In this document: one piece after another, positions 18,403 through 26,560 of the stretch
Layout: each line of letters starts with the position of its first letter
Numbering within the stretch: position 1 is the stretch's first letter
Origin: Fibrobacteria bacterium
Lineage (GTDB): Bacteria > Fibrobacterota > Chitinivibrionia > Chitinivibrionales > FEN-1185
Length of the DNA stretch: 64,000 nt
Reading direction: 5' to 3'
Assembly: GCA_037447435.1 (NCBI GenBank)
Contig: JBBIGR010000010.1
Coordinates: 32,001-96,000 of the forward strand
Notes under the pieces: generated by a model
Seen by the model: only the letters and a program-made list of their open reading frames with translations
The model's database searches: none
What the model was told of the DNA's origin: nothing
Translations under genes and position numbers: made by a program

Positions 18403-18621
18403 ATGGCTGAAGTACTTAATTGTAAAGGAATGAAATGTCCGCAACCGGTTTTGAAAGCGGCAATCAAGGCGAATTCATTGCCGCCCGGTACAACGCTGGA
18501 AGTAATCGCGGATTGCCCCACATTTCCCAACGACATCACAAAATGGTGCAAAGATTCCGGTAAAGTTCTGGTGAGCATTGTGGACAGAGACAACGCCAAG
18601 GTGGCGACGGTGCAATTGTAA
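18403..18621 (+). CDS. TusA/SirA-family sulfur carrier
   Basis: 72 aa; 'LNCKGMKCPQP' CPxP motif; AAGGAG RBS. Confidence 0.9.
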   Translation: MAEVLNCKGMKCPQPVLKAAIKANSLPPGTTLEVIADCPTFPNDITKWCKDSGKVLVSIVDRDNAKVATVQL

Positions 18622-18640
18622 TTTCGGCTTCATTGAATGC

Positions 18641-18698
18641 ATAAAACGCATGTCCGCTCACAGTCATTGAAATGGCTTTGAGCGGGCGTGTTTTTATT
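18641..18698 (+). terminator. Long hairpin plus U-tract ending the hdrA-mvh-tusA operon
   Basis: CATGTCCGCTCA...TGAGCGGGCGTG with inner AGTCATT/AATGGCT pairing, then TTTTTATTT; the G-U pairs form only on the + strand. Confidence 0.75.
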
Positions 18699-18707
18699 TC
18701 AAGGATT

Positions 18708-19020
18708 CTATTCACTCAAGTCAAGGTTAAAGTGTGTGGTATAGCTCAGCCCGAAACATGATTTTCCAGATGGAATGTCCTGAAAAACATTGGTGACGGT
18801 ACTATCGTTCGATAACTGTATTACCGTGTCCTTGTCGGAGTGAGGGTGTTCCTTTCTGTAAAATTACCTATTGTTAAGTTTGCCCAAGCTTTCGTGTATC
18901 CGCCGTTTACCCAAAAACGAAACGGTTCCATGGGTGCATATCGCGCTTCGAATTCACCGCCCGCTGCCTAATATGAAAAAACGGAATTTTGCCGCAAGTT
19001 CGAATCGACTCTCGGAAAAT
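18708..19020 (-). pseudogene. Possible decayed outer-membrane beta-barrel (TonB-dependent receptor-like) fragment
   Basis: Manual translation with one TAG and one frameshift: '...NLRQNSVFSY*AAGGEFEARYAPMEPFRFWVNGGYTKAWANL.../...DTVIQLSNDSTVTNVFQDIPSGKSCFGLSYTTHFNLDLSE*'. Confidence 0.35.
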
Positions 19021-19118
19021 AATTTTCAAGAAGTAATTAGCTACAATTTAAATTGTACTGCCTGGGAAAATATTCTTCAAATAAATGACCTGACGTAACC
19101 GGCATTTGAATAATAACG

Positions 19119-19212
19119 TCGCTCACCAAAGTGAGCGAAAATTATAATAATTGGCAAAATATTATTGAAAAAATCTTAAAATAGCCATATTTTATTAATA
19201 AGTGCTCACTTT
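19119..19212 (+). promoter_or_regulatory. Promoter flanked by GCTCAC-containing operator candidates upstream of TIGR02147
   Basis: TCGCTCAC-caaa-GTGAGCGA (19119-19138); TTGAAA-17-TATTTT (19165-19193); GCTCACTTT (19204-19212). Confidence 0.55.
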
Positions 19213-19226
19213 AACAAGAGAACTTT

Positions 19227-20099
19227 ATGAAACCATTGACGCAATACACTGATTTTAGGGCATACTTGAGCGATTGGGTAGAGGAAAGGAAAGCGTTAGG
19301 GCTTCCCGGTTCCAATCGCTGGTTTGCCATGAAAATGGGGATCAACTCAACCTCATGGCTTACGTCGGTACTTAAAGGGGTAAAAGGGTTATCAAAGGTT
19401 TCAGCAAACAAAGTATCACAGGTTCTCAAGCATTCGCCGATTGAAGAGCGCTTTTTCGAAACGCTCGTTTATTTCAATCAGGCCCGCTCCATAGAGGAAA
19501 GAAATTCTTATTATCAACAATTGATTTCTTTGCAAAAAATGAAGGACGCACGCACACTGGCCCCGGGGCAGTACGATTTATATGCAACATGGTATCACAG
19601 TGCCGTACGATCGCTTATTGGCATGTATGAATTCACACCGGATTTAAAATCCTACGAACGATTGGCCGCTATGATGTCGCCGCCGATCACAGCTTCACAG
19701 GCGATAAAGTCCGTCGATTTGTTGCGTAAGCTGAACCTTGTATCGCTCAACGGAAACGGGCATCTTGAATTGACCGAAACCGCCATAAAATCCGGGGAAG
19801 AAATCCAATCGCTTGCCGTTGCAAATTTTCAACAGGAAACCATACGGCTCGCGGCAGAGGCTCTGGACCGCTATCCGAGAAATCAGCGATATGTCGGTAC
19901 CGTTACCGTCGGCATCAGCGAACAATCGTTTAATACGATAAAGGCATTGCTTGTTGAAACAAGCAATAAAATTGCCGAAATAGCAAACGCCGATGCGGAT
20001 GCGCGGCAAGTGTATCAAATCAATTTACAGGCTTTTCCAATGACTAAACCGCCGGATGTATTAAAAGATTCCCTGGCAAAAGGCGGAAATAATGAATAG
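19227..20099 (+). CDS. TIGR02147-family protein (N-terminal HTH, DUF4423-like C-terminus)
   Basis: 'YTDFRAYL.D', 'S.RWFA.K.G', 'FETLVYFNQA', 'WYHSAVRSL', 'VYQINLQAFP'. Confidence 0.88.
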   Translation: MKPLTQYTDFRAYLSDWVEERKALGLPGSNRWFAMKMGINSTSWLTSVLKGVKGLSKVSANKVSQVLKHSPIEERFFETLVYFNQARSIEERNSYYQQLISLQKMKDARTLAPGQYDLYATWYHSAVRSLIGMYEFTPDLKSYERLAAMMSPPITASQAIKSVDLLRKLNLVSLNGNGHLELTETAIKSGEEIQSLAVANFQQETIRLAAEALDRYPRNQRYVGTVTVGISEQSFNTIKALLVETSNKIAEIANADADARQVYQINLQAFPMTKPPDVLKDSLAKGGNNE

Positions 20100-20787
20100 A
20101 AACAGGATTATCACCGTGAGCACGATTGGGAAAAGTATACTGGTGTTGTCGACAATCGTTTGTGTATTGCTTTGTGCCTGTTCCGCACAAAAAATAGCAG
20201 GGGGTAACAGTTCGCAAACCGGAAACAACGGGATGCTTTTGGCTGCTGTGTCGCAAACCATTTGCGGTACCACGATTCCGCATGCCTATATTGCGGTGTA
20301 TGCCGACAGTTTTCTGCCATATAAAGATACCTTGGGTTTTTCCGATTCAACGCTTGCAAATGACAGCGGCCATTTTTCTTTTTCAAATTTAGCTCCCGGT
20401 TACTACAATGTATTCGTCGATAATCGGGCTAAAAGCCGCGGGGGAATGGCTTTTGTGCAAAAGGTTCCGGTTTTTAAAGACTCGGTATTTTCCGATACCC
20501 TCGATAGTTTGGCGCAATCGGGTTTTGTGGCCGGAAATGCCGTCGATTCAATGAACAATCCCTTGTTTTTGTCCTATATTTTCATCAAAGGTTCACCGTT
20601 TTATACGTTGGCAAAAAGTAATGGCGGTTTTTTGCTGGGACCTGTGCCGGAAGGAAAATATAAAGTCGGATTATTTGCAGATTATCAAAATATAAAACTT
20701 GGACCAAATGTAATGATCGCTAAATCGGTCGTCGACACCGGTATGGCAACCGTTTATCCCGATAGTACGTCTGTCTGTCAATTTTAA
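20092..20787 (+). CDS. Lipoprotein with two carboxypeptidase-regulatory-like (Ig/beta-sandwich) repeats
   Basis: Lipobox LCAC then 'AGGNSSQTGN'; 'TLANDSGHFSFSNLAPGYY' and 'SNGGFLLGPVPEGKY'. Confidence 0.75.
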   Translation: MNRNRIITVSTIGKSILVLSTIVCVLLCACSAQKIAGGNSSQTGNNGMLLAAVSQTICGTTIPHAYIAVYADSFLPYKDTLGFSDSTLANDSGHFSFSNLAPGYYNVFVDNRAKSRGGMAFVQKVPVFKDSVFSDTLDSLAQSGFVAGNAVDSMNNPLFLSYIFIKGSPFYTLAKSNGGFLLGPVPEGKYKVGLFADYQNIKLGPNVMIAKSVVDTGMATVYPDSTSVCQF

Positions 20788-20801
20788 CAAAGGAGGAAAA
20801 A

Positions 20802-21512
20802 ATGAAAGCACTGATTGGAACTTGTTTTTTATTGATTTCGGTGTTTGCCGCTTATGGTCATGGGCCGGTTATAACGCTTAAAGACACCGCCATAGTGGTA
20901 CCCGCAAACCCGACGACGAAAGACTCGCTGATTTTCAACCTTTTTAACGCAACCGATTGCTGCGGTACGATATACCGAGCCAAGCAAGTGACGATATCGG
21001 GCTCTAACATCTATTTGGACTATACATACGATGATTCACTGTGTCAGTATATTGCATGTATTGCAGCCGGGTCTCAGACTTCTTTTTCGTCAAAACCTAT
21101 CGGAGCCGGAACATATACCATTTTAAAAGTAGCGTCAATGTATTGCGTAGGAAGAATTTGCCCGATGATTGCCATCATTCCTGAAAAGGTCGGGACGGTG
21201 ATCGTAACTGCCTCAACTGGGGTAAATACTTTTCCGACAGATAATGGTCGGGGCAATAAAAACTTCGGTTTGAATGTAACGGGAAATTCAATAGCACTCT
21301 CCATGCAAAACAATTCAAGTGTAGACATTAGAGTATTTGATGTCAAAGGATCGTTGATCGGTAAAATGTTGAACGCTTCCATGAATGCGGGCTTATCAAT
21401 AATCAGCATTGATAAGATTGTTGATAAGCAATTTGCCGATGGTGCTATAGTTGTTCATGTTACGGTACATGGAGCAACAAAGGCGACAAGGATGTTTTTA
21501 ACCGTAAAGTAA
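20802..21512 (+). CDS. Secreted Cys-rich protein with C-terminal FlgD-Ig/T9SS-CTD-like domain
   Basis: AAGGAGG RBS; signal peptide; six Cys in the mature domain; tail 'VDIRVFDVKGSLI...G.....ATRMFLTVK'. Confidence 0.65.
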   Translation: MKALIGTCFLLISVFAAYGHGPVITLKDTAIVVPANPTTKDSLIFNLFNATDCCGTIYRAKQVTISGSNIYLDYTYDDSLCQYIACIAAGSQTSFSSKPIGAGTYTILKVASMYCVGRICPMIAIIPEKVGTVIVTASTGVNTFPTDNGRGNKNFGLNVTGNSIALSMQNNSSVDIRVFDVKGSLIGKMLNASMNAGLSIISIDKIVDKQFADGAIVVHVTVHGATKATRMFLTVK

Positions 21513-21601
21513 AATGACAAACCATGGCTGTTTCGCGTATGCGTTTTAATTTGGTAAAGATTTAATAGCGCTATTTGCGAAAAAATAAATCAATCGATCA
21601 T

Positions 21602-21648
21602 TTAAACGGAGAGGGATGGAAATGCCGTTACCTCTCCGTTTAATTTTG
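21602..21648 (+). terminator. Hairpin between the TIGR02147 unit and phoH
   Basis: TTAAACGGAGAGG...CCTCTCCGTTTAA followed by TTTTG. Confidence 0.6.
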
Positions 21649-21711
21649 TATTTGCGGCAAGTATATTAAAATGAAAAGATGGTTACATTCACAATTTGAA
21701 AAAGGGTTCCT

Positions 21712-23028
21712 ATGAAAAATTATATACTCGATACCACGGTCCTTTTTTACGACAGTCAGGCGCTGTTCAAATTTGAAGATAACAACGTGATCATTCCGAT
21801 TACCGTGATCGAGGACGTCGATCATTTTAAAAAAGACCTTACCGAAACCGGCAGAAACGCGCGGCAGACTTCCCGGTATCTCGACGAATTGAGGAAATCG
21901 GGTACCTTGACTAAAGGCGTCAAGCTCGATAATGGCGGAATATTATATGTCAAAATGGGCGATTCGGAAACGGGGAAACGGGTTCCCCGCGAATTTCAGG
22001 AGCGCCAACGGGCTAATCAGATACTTTCAACGGCGTTGGATGTAAAGGAAAAAGCGGGAAACGTTCCTACAATATTGGTCACCAAAGACATTAATTTGCG
22101 AATCAAAGCCGATGCCTTGGGTTTGGTCGTCGAAGATTACGAATCCGATCGGGTGGAAATAGAAGAACTGTACAGCGGGTATGTCTCAAAAAAGGTTGAA
22201 TCCTCCGTTATTGACGCGTACTTTGAAAAAGGCTCAATCCCTTTCGGCGAAGCACTGTATTCGAATCAATACTTGGAATTGATAGATGATAAAAATCCGG
22301 ATCGGATCGCACTGGGCCGCTACGACGCCAAGGAAAAGAAAATAGTCCGCCTCGTGTCCGAAGGAAAAGAAGGAATGTTCCGGATAAAACCCCGGAATAC
22401 GGAACAGCTGTTCACCATGGATGCGCTATTGAACGATTCCATTCAATTGGTGACCTTGGTGGGAAAGGCCGGAACGGGAAAAACCTTGTTGGCTGTTGCG
22501 GCGAGCTTAAGCAAAACCATAGACGACAATATGTTTACGAGGATTTTGGTTTCGCGCCCGACGCTTCCAATGGGTAAAGATATCGGGTTCTTACCCGGGA
22601 CGGTCGAAGAAAAACTGACCCCGTGGATGTATCCCATTATCGATAATGTCGATTTGCTGCTTCGAAGCGAGGCAAAGGCCCGTCGGCATATACGGGGATT
22701 CAAGGAGCTCATGGATACCGGTATTTTAGTGATAGAACCGCTTACCTATATCCGGGGTCGGTCTATTCATAATCAATATCTCATCGTTGATGAGGCTCAA
22801 AACCTGACGCCTCATGAAATTAAAACCATCATGACGCGTGTCGGCGACGGGACAAAAATCGTATTGACGGGCGATCCGTACCAAATCGATAATCCGTATA
22901 TCGATTCATCGAGTAACGGCCTCACGTACGTCGTTGAAAAATTCAAAAATCAGGATATCGCCGCCCATGTGACCTTGACCAAAGGCGAAAGGTCGGTTTT
23001 GTCGGAGCTGGCCGCGAATATTTTATAA
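21712..23028 (+). CDS. PIN-PhoH (PhoH2/YlaK-like) ATPase
   Basis: PIN 'YILDTTV', 'TKDINLRIKA'; Walker A 'GKAGTGKT'; 'YIRGRS', 'DEAQN', 'GD..QID'. Confidence 0.92.
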   Translation: MKNYILDTTVLFYDSQALFKFEDNNVIIPITVIEDVDHFKKDLTETGRNARQTSRYLDELRKSGTLTKGVKLDNGGILYVKMGDSETGKRVPREFQERQRANQILSTALDVKEKAGNVPTILVTKDINLRIKADALGLVVEDYESDRVEIEELYSGYVSKKVESSVIDAYFEKGSIPFGEALYSNQYLELIDDKNPDRIALGRYDAKEKKIVRLVSEGKEGMFRIKPRNTEQLFTMDALLNDSIQLVTLVGKAGTGKTLLAVAASLSKTIDDNMFTRILVSRPTLPMGKDIGFLPGTVEEKLTPWMYPIIDNVDLLLRSEAKARRHIRGFKELMDTGILVIEPLTYIRGRSIHNQYLIVDEAQNLTPHEIKTIMTRVGDGTKIVLTGDPYQIDNPYIDSSSNGLTYVVEKFKNQDIAAHVTLTKGERSVLSELAANIL

Positions 23029-23032
23029 GGGG

Positions 23033-23506
23033 TTATGCTTGGATAATCGAGGAAATTGTTTGCACTGTTTCGTCGAGTTTCTTTTTGCTGCAATAAATCC
23101 CCCAAAAAAGCGCAACGCCGGGAAGAGGCGTCGCCTCGAGCTCTTCGAACAATTCGTTTACTTTATGTAAACATCTCTTGGCGCCGGAGAAAAATGTGGG
23201 CAAGCCCGATGTCGTAAAACAAAGGGCCTTTTTATTTTTGAGCGAGTCGAGTTGTTTTAAAAAAGCAACAGCGACCGGCGATGCGCCGAATGCCAAAATG
23301 GGGCCGCCGACCAATACGGCGTCATATTCTTCGACATCGGGGAGATTGCGGAACGTCACCGACCTCATCGTGGCGCGGACTTTGTTGACCGGCCGTAATA
23401 ATTCGATGGATACGTCGTGTCCTTTTTCACGCAACGCATGGGTGAGCGCAAGCCCGAGCTTCGCCGTGTTGCCGGATTGGGAATGAATGAATATCCCGAT
23501 TTTCAT
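23033..23506 (-). CDS. Flavodoxin-family protein
   Basis: FMN phosphate loop 'HSQSGNT'; 'YDAVLVGGP', 'FTTSG'. Confidence 0.82.
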   Translation of the reverse strand: MKIGIFIHSQSGNTAKLGLALTHALREKGHDVSIELLRPVNKVRATMRSVTFRNLPDVEEYDAVLVGGPILAFGASPVAVAFLKQLDSLKNKKALCFTTSGLPTFFSGAKRCLHKVNELFEELEATPLPGVALFWGIYCSKKKLDETVQTISSIIQA

Positions 23507-23509
23507 GGC

Positions 23510-24976
23510 CTATTTTCTCTCGAAAAGGGTATCCATAGACGATACGATCGTGCTCGGTGTAAGAGCCCGCAGCGAGAAACCTTTGATGGTATCATTTTTA
23601 AAAATCACCGACGTGTCGCCGACGACGGTATAAGTAATTTTAGACGGATCGAGATATTTTTTCGCCGCATTGGCGATATCATTTTTTGTCAATGCGTTGA
23701 CTTTAGAAGGAAACGAGACGAAATGATCCGGCAACCGTTTCCAGTATTCGTTTTGCTCGTAATTTTCCACGATGTCGTCGGGCGAACGGAACATGGACGG
23801 CAATCCGTCGATTAATATTTTCTTGGCATGGCTCAATTCTTCGTCGGAAATTCCCGAAGACCGGATTTTTGCAATTTCATCATTCGCGATCGCCATTGCC
23901 TTGCTTGCGGTTTCATTTTTAGTGTGGAATTCCACGAAAAAGGTGGCCGGAAAGAAATAATTCGACCCGGCGCTCGAATAAATCACATATGCCAACCCCT
24001 CGTCAGAACGGACCTTGCTGCCCAGCCGCGAGGTAAATCCTTCACCGCCAAGAATAAGGTTGAGGACCTGTAACGCGTAGAAATCGTCGTTGGGGCGTTT
24101 AAAAAGGGGTAACCCCATACGGACATAGCTCTGTGTGATCGGCTTGTTGACAATAATGGATTTCGCGAGCGGTTTCACCGCGATTTGCGCATAGCAGGAA
24201 TCATTTGTCGTGGCCGAGCCTGCTTTGGGAAACAGTGCGGTCAGTTTTTGTTCGATTGCCTTCGTGGTGAAGTTCCCGGAAATCGCAACCATCATATTCG
24301 CTGTTGCAAATATTTTATCGTGCAAATTGATTAAATCCTGTCTTTTGATGGCGCTAACGGTTTTTGCCGTGGCTAGGGCATTGTTTTTCCCGTCGCGATA
24401 CATTGCTTTTTCATATGCCGCATCCAGAATCGGGTCGGGATTGTCGAACCGGTGCGCAATGGATTCCAAAAATATGGATGTTTGCTTTTTGACTTTTCTT
24501 TCCTCGAAACTCGGGGAGAAAAGAATTTGCGAAAGGATGTATAAACACGTATCGGTAAATTCCGAAAGGCAGGAACAGGAAAAAGAAATTTGCGTTTCCG
24601 AAGCGGAAACCGAAAAATGCATGGCGTATACATCGATGAGATTGTCAAGCGTGTCCGACGGGTATGCTTTGGTTCCGCCGGTACGCATGAGAGACGCCAT
24701 TAAACTGCTCAGCCCCTCTTTGTCCAAAGGGTCGGCGATGGAACCGTACCGCACCGTACCCGATACCTTGACGTACGGTAGCGAATGGTCTTCGGCGATA
24801 TAGGTCACCAGGCCGTTGGAAAGCACATGGCGATACGGTTCGCCGAGCGGGACTTTCCAATCCAATGGGGGATACTGAATTTTTGCCGGGACAGCCGGTT
24901 TCGTTGATCCTTGTCCCAAACAAATACCAAACGCAATTACTGCGAAAAGCATGCATCGAATCATTCTTTGTTTCAT
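23510..24976 (-). CDS. M16 peptidase-family non-catalytic subunit, secreted
   Basis: 'LSNGL', 'EDHSLP', 'LGG.GFTSRL...VR...GLAY'; no HxxEH; signal peptide. Confidence 0.88.
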   Translation of the reverse strand: MKQRMIRCMLFAVIAFGICLGQGSTKPAVPAKIQYPPLDWKVPLGEPYRHVLSNGLVTYIAEDHSLPYVKVSGTVRYGSIADPLDKEGLSSLMASLMRTGGTKAYPSDTLDNLIDVYAMHFSVSASETQISFSCSCLSEFTDTCLYILSQILFSPSFEERKVKKQTSIFLESIAHRFDNPDPILDAAYEKAMYRDGKNNALATAKTVSAIKRQDLINLHDKIFATANMMVAISGNFTTKAIEQKLTALFPKAGSATTNDSCYAQIAVKPLAKSIIVNKPITQSYVRMGLPLFKRPNDDFYALQVLNLILGGEGFTSRLGSKVRSDEGLAYVIYSSAGSNYFFPATFFVEFHTKNETASKAMAIANDEIAKIRSSGISDEELSHAKKILIDGLPSMFRSPDDIVENYEQNEYWKRLPDHFVSFPSKVNALTKNDIANAAKKYLDPSKITYTVVGDTSVIFKNDTIKGFSLRALTPSTIVSSMDTLFERK

Positions 24977-24989
24977 TGAGTGGTTCCCG

Positions 24990-26474
24990 TCATTTTCCTG
25001 AAGATGGTTGTTTTTGCAATAATAAACCCATGGTCGCCTTGCTGAAATCGAAATAGGTATTGACGATACCCGGAATATCAGATGCTTTTACTGCCGCGAT
25101 TTTATCGGGATAGGAGAGCATGTATTTCCATGACCCGATCCTTTCGAAATAGGCCAAACGGTCGGATACGCCTTCAAGGCTTTTCAAGTTCGATACAAAC
25201 GACATCCGGATACTGTTTTTTATACGCTCCATTTCCCGTGCAGAGGGAGGATCTTTTGCAAGCGATGCCAGTTCATCCTTGATGATTTGCTCCACTTTTT
25301 GCGGATCAACCCCTTTTTTCAACGTTGCCGAAATTTCGAAGTAGCCGTCGTTTATTCGTATGGAATTCGACGCCTCCGCATCGGTGCAACAATCTTCCCT
25401 ATTGACAAGCCTGTCGAATAATCTGCCGCTTCTTCCGGACAGAATCGATTCCAGGACTTCAAGTTTGTAAAGGTCGTCATGGTAAAAACCCGGGGTGTGG
25501 AACATGATGTCGATGCGCGGTTCGGCATCGTCGTACACGGTGAACCTGGTTTCACCGATCGGCATCGGCTCACGGGTAACGACTTCGGGTTTGGGTTTGG
25601 CTGCCCGGGGAATTGCGCTGAAGTATTTGTTGATGTCCGCAATCGCTTTCTTCGGCGACACATTGCCGACGAGCACAATAACCGCATTATCGGGCGTGTA
25701 GAATTGCTTCACATGGTTCGAAAGGTCCTGGATGGTGTAATTTTGGATATCCGATTTCCACCCTATTGTCGGCAGCCGGTAAGGGTTTGCAATATAGAAT
25801 AATGAATTCAAATATTCGTAAAACCTGTTTCCGGGTTGGTTCTCATACCGCATTCTTCGTTCTTCCAGTACGACGTCCCGTTCGCTGTAAAATTCCCTGA
25901 AAACCGGGTTTGCCATGCGGTCGGATTCTATCCAGTAAAAAAGTTCGATCTTGTTCTTTGGTAAGGTGACGATATACGCGGTCATGTCGTCAGCGGTCCA
26001 CCCGTTTAAATGCGTGGCGCCGTTGCCCATGTACAATTCCCAAATTTCGTCTTTTTTAATGAATTCCCGCTGTTTATCGGTATAGCCGAGAATTTCGCGT
26101 CTTAGCGATTTGCAAACGGCTGCCGTGTCCGAAATCCCGCGGTTTTTTAATTTGTAAATTAGTTTGTCCACGGAATCTATTTTTGCCAGCCACAAAGATT
26201 CCTTTTTAAAATCCTTGGTCCCCAGCGTATGCGTCCCCTTGAACATCATATGCTCATACATATGTGAAAGACCCGATGTTCCGAATCCTTCATACATGGA
26301 ACCCACGAAATAATACAGCCTGCACGACACGACGGCGACATTCGTGTCCGGGACAATAATGATGCGAAGTCCGTTTTTCAACGTGTCGTAGGTGACGGGT
26401 ACGTTGATGTCGTAGGCGCTAACGGCTGCCGTCAGGGAGACGATTGCGAAGCATAATTTCAATAAAGAATACAT
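24990..26474 (-). CDS. M16 (pitrilysin-like) zinc peptidase catalytic subunit, secreted
   Basis: 'GLSHMYEHMMFKGT' (HxxEH), 'ESDRM', 'ERDVVLEERRMR'; ATG 26474 after GGAG. Confidence 0.92.
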   Translation of the reverse strand: MYSLLKLCFAIVSLTAAVSAYDINVPVTYDTLKNGLRIIIVPDTNVAVVSCRLYYFVGSMYEGFGTSGLSHMYEHMMFKGTHTLGTKDFKKESLWLAKIDSVDKLIYKLKNRGISDTAAVCKSLRREILGYTDKQREFIKKDEIWELYMGNGATHLNGWTADDMTAYIVTLPKNKIELFYWIESDRMANPVFREFYSERDVVLEERRMRYENQPGNRFYEYLNSLFYIANPYRLPTIGWKSDIQNYTIQDLSNHVKQFYTPDNAVIVLVGNVSPKKAIADINKYFSAIPRAAKPKPEVVTREPMPIGETRFTVYDDAEPRIDIMFHTPGFYHDDLYKLEVLESILSGRSGRLFDRLVNREDCCTDAEASNSIRINDGYFEISATLKKGVDPQKVEQIIKDELASLAKDPPSAREMERIKNSIRMSFVSNLKSLEGVSDRLAYFERIGSWKYMLSYPDKIAAVKASDIPGIVNTYFDFSKATMGLLLQKQPSSGK

Positions 26475-26560
26475 TGTTTTCTCCAAAAAGAGGGATTCTC
26501 TTCGGCATATCTCTTAACAAAAAAGAGTTGCCGTGAGGTCGAAATAATGAATATCCGTTC

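Noticed and set aside
18735..18760. 'GGTATAGCTCAG' resembles a tRNA 5' end/D-arm
   Set aside because: No D-loop GG, anticodon arm or T-arm follows at tRNA spacing
18993..19012. 'GTTCGAATC' T-loop-like motif
   Set aside because: Flanks do not form a 5-bp T-stem, and there is no acceptor stem or CCA
18871..19098. 75-aa plus-strand ORF in the intergenic gap
   Set aside because: TTG start without an RBS and no family features; the minus strand looks more protein-like
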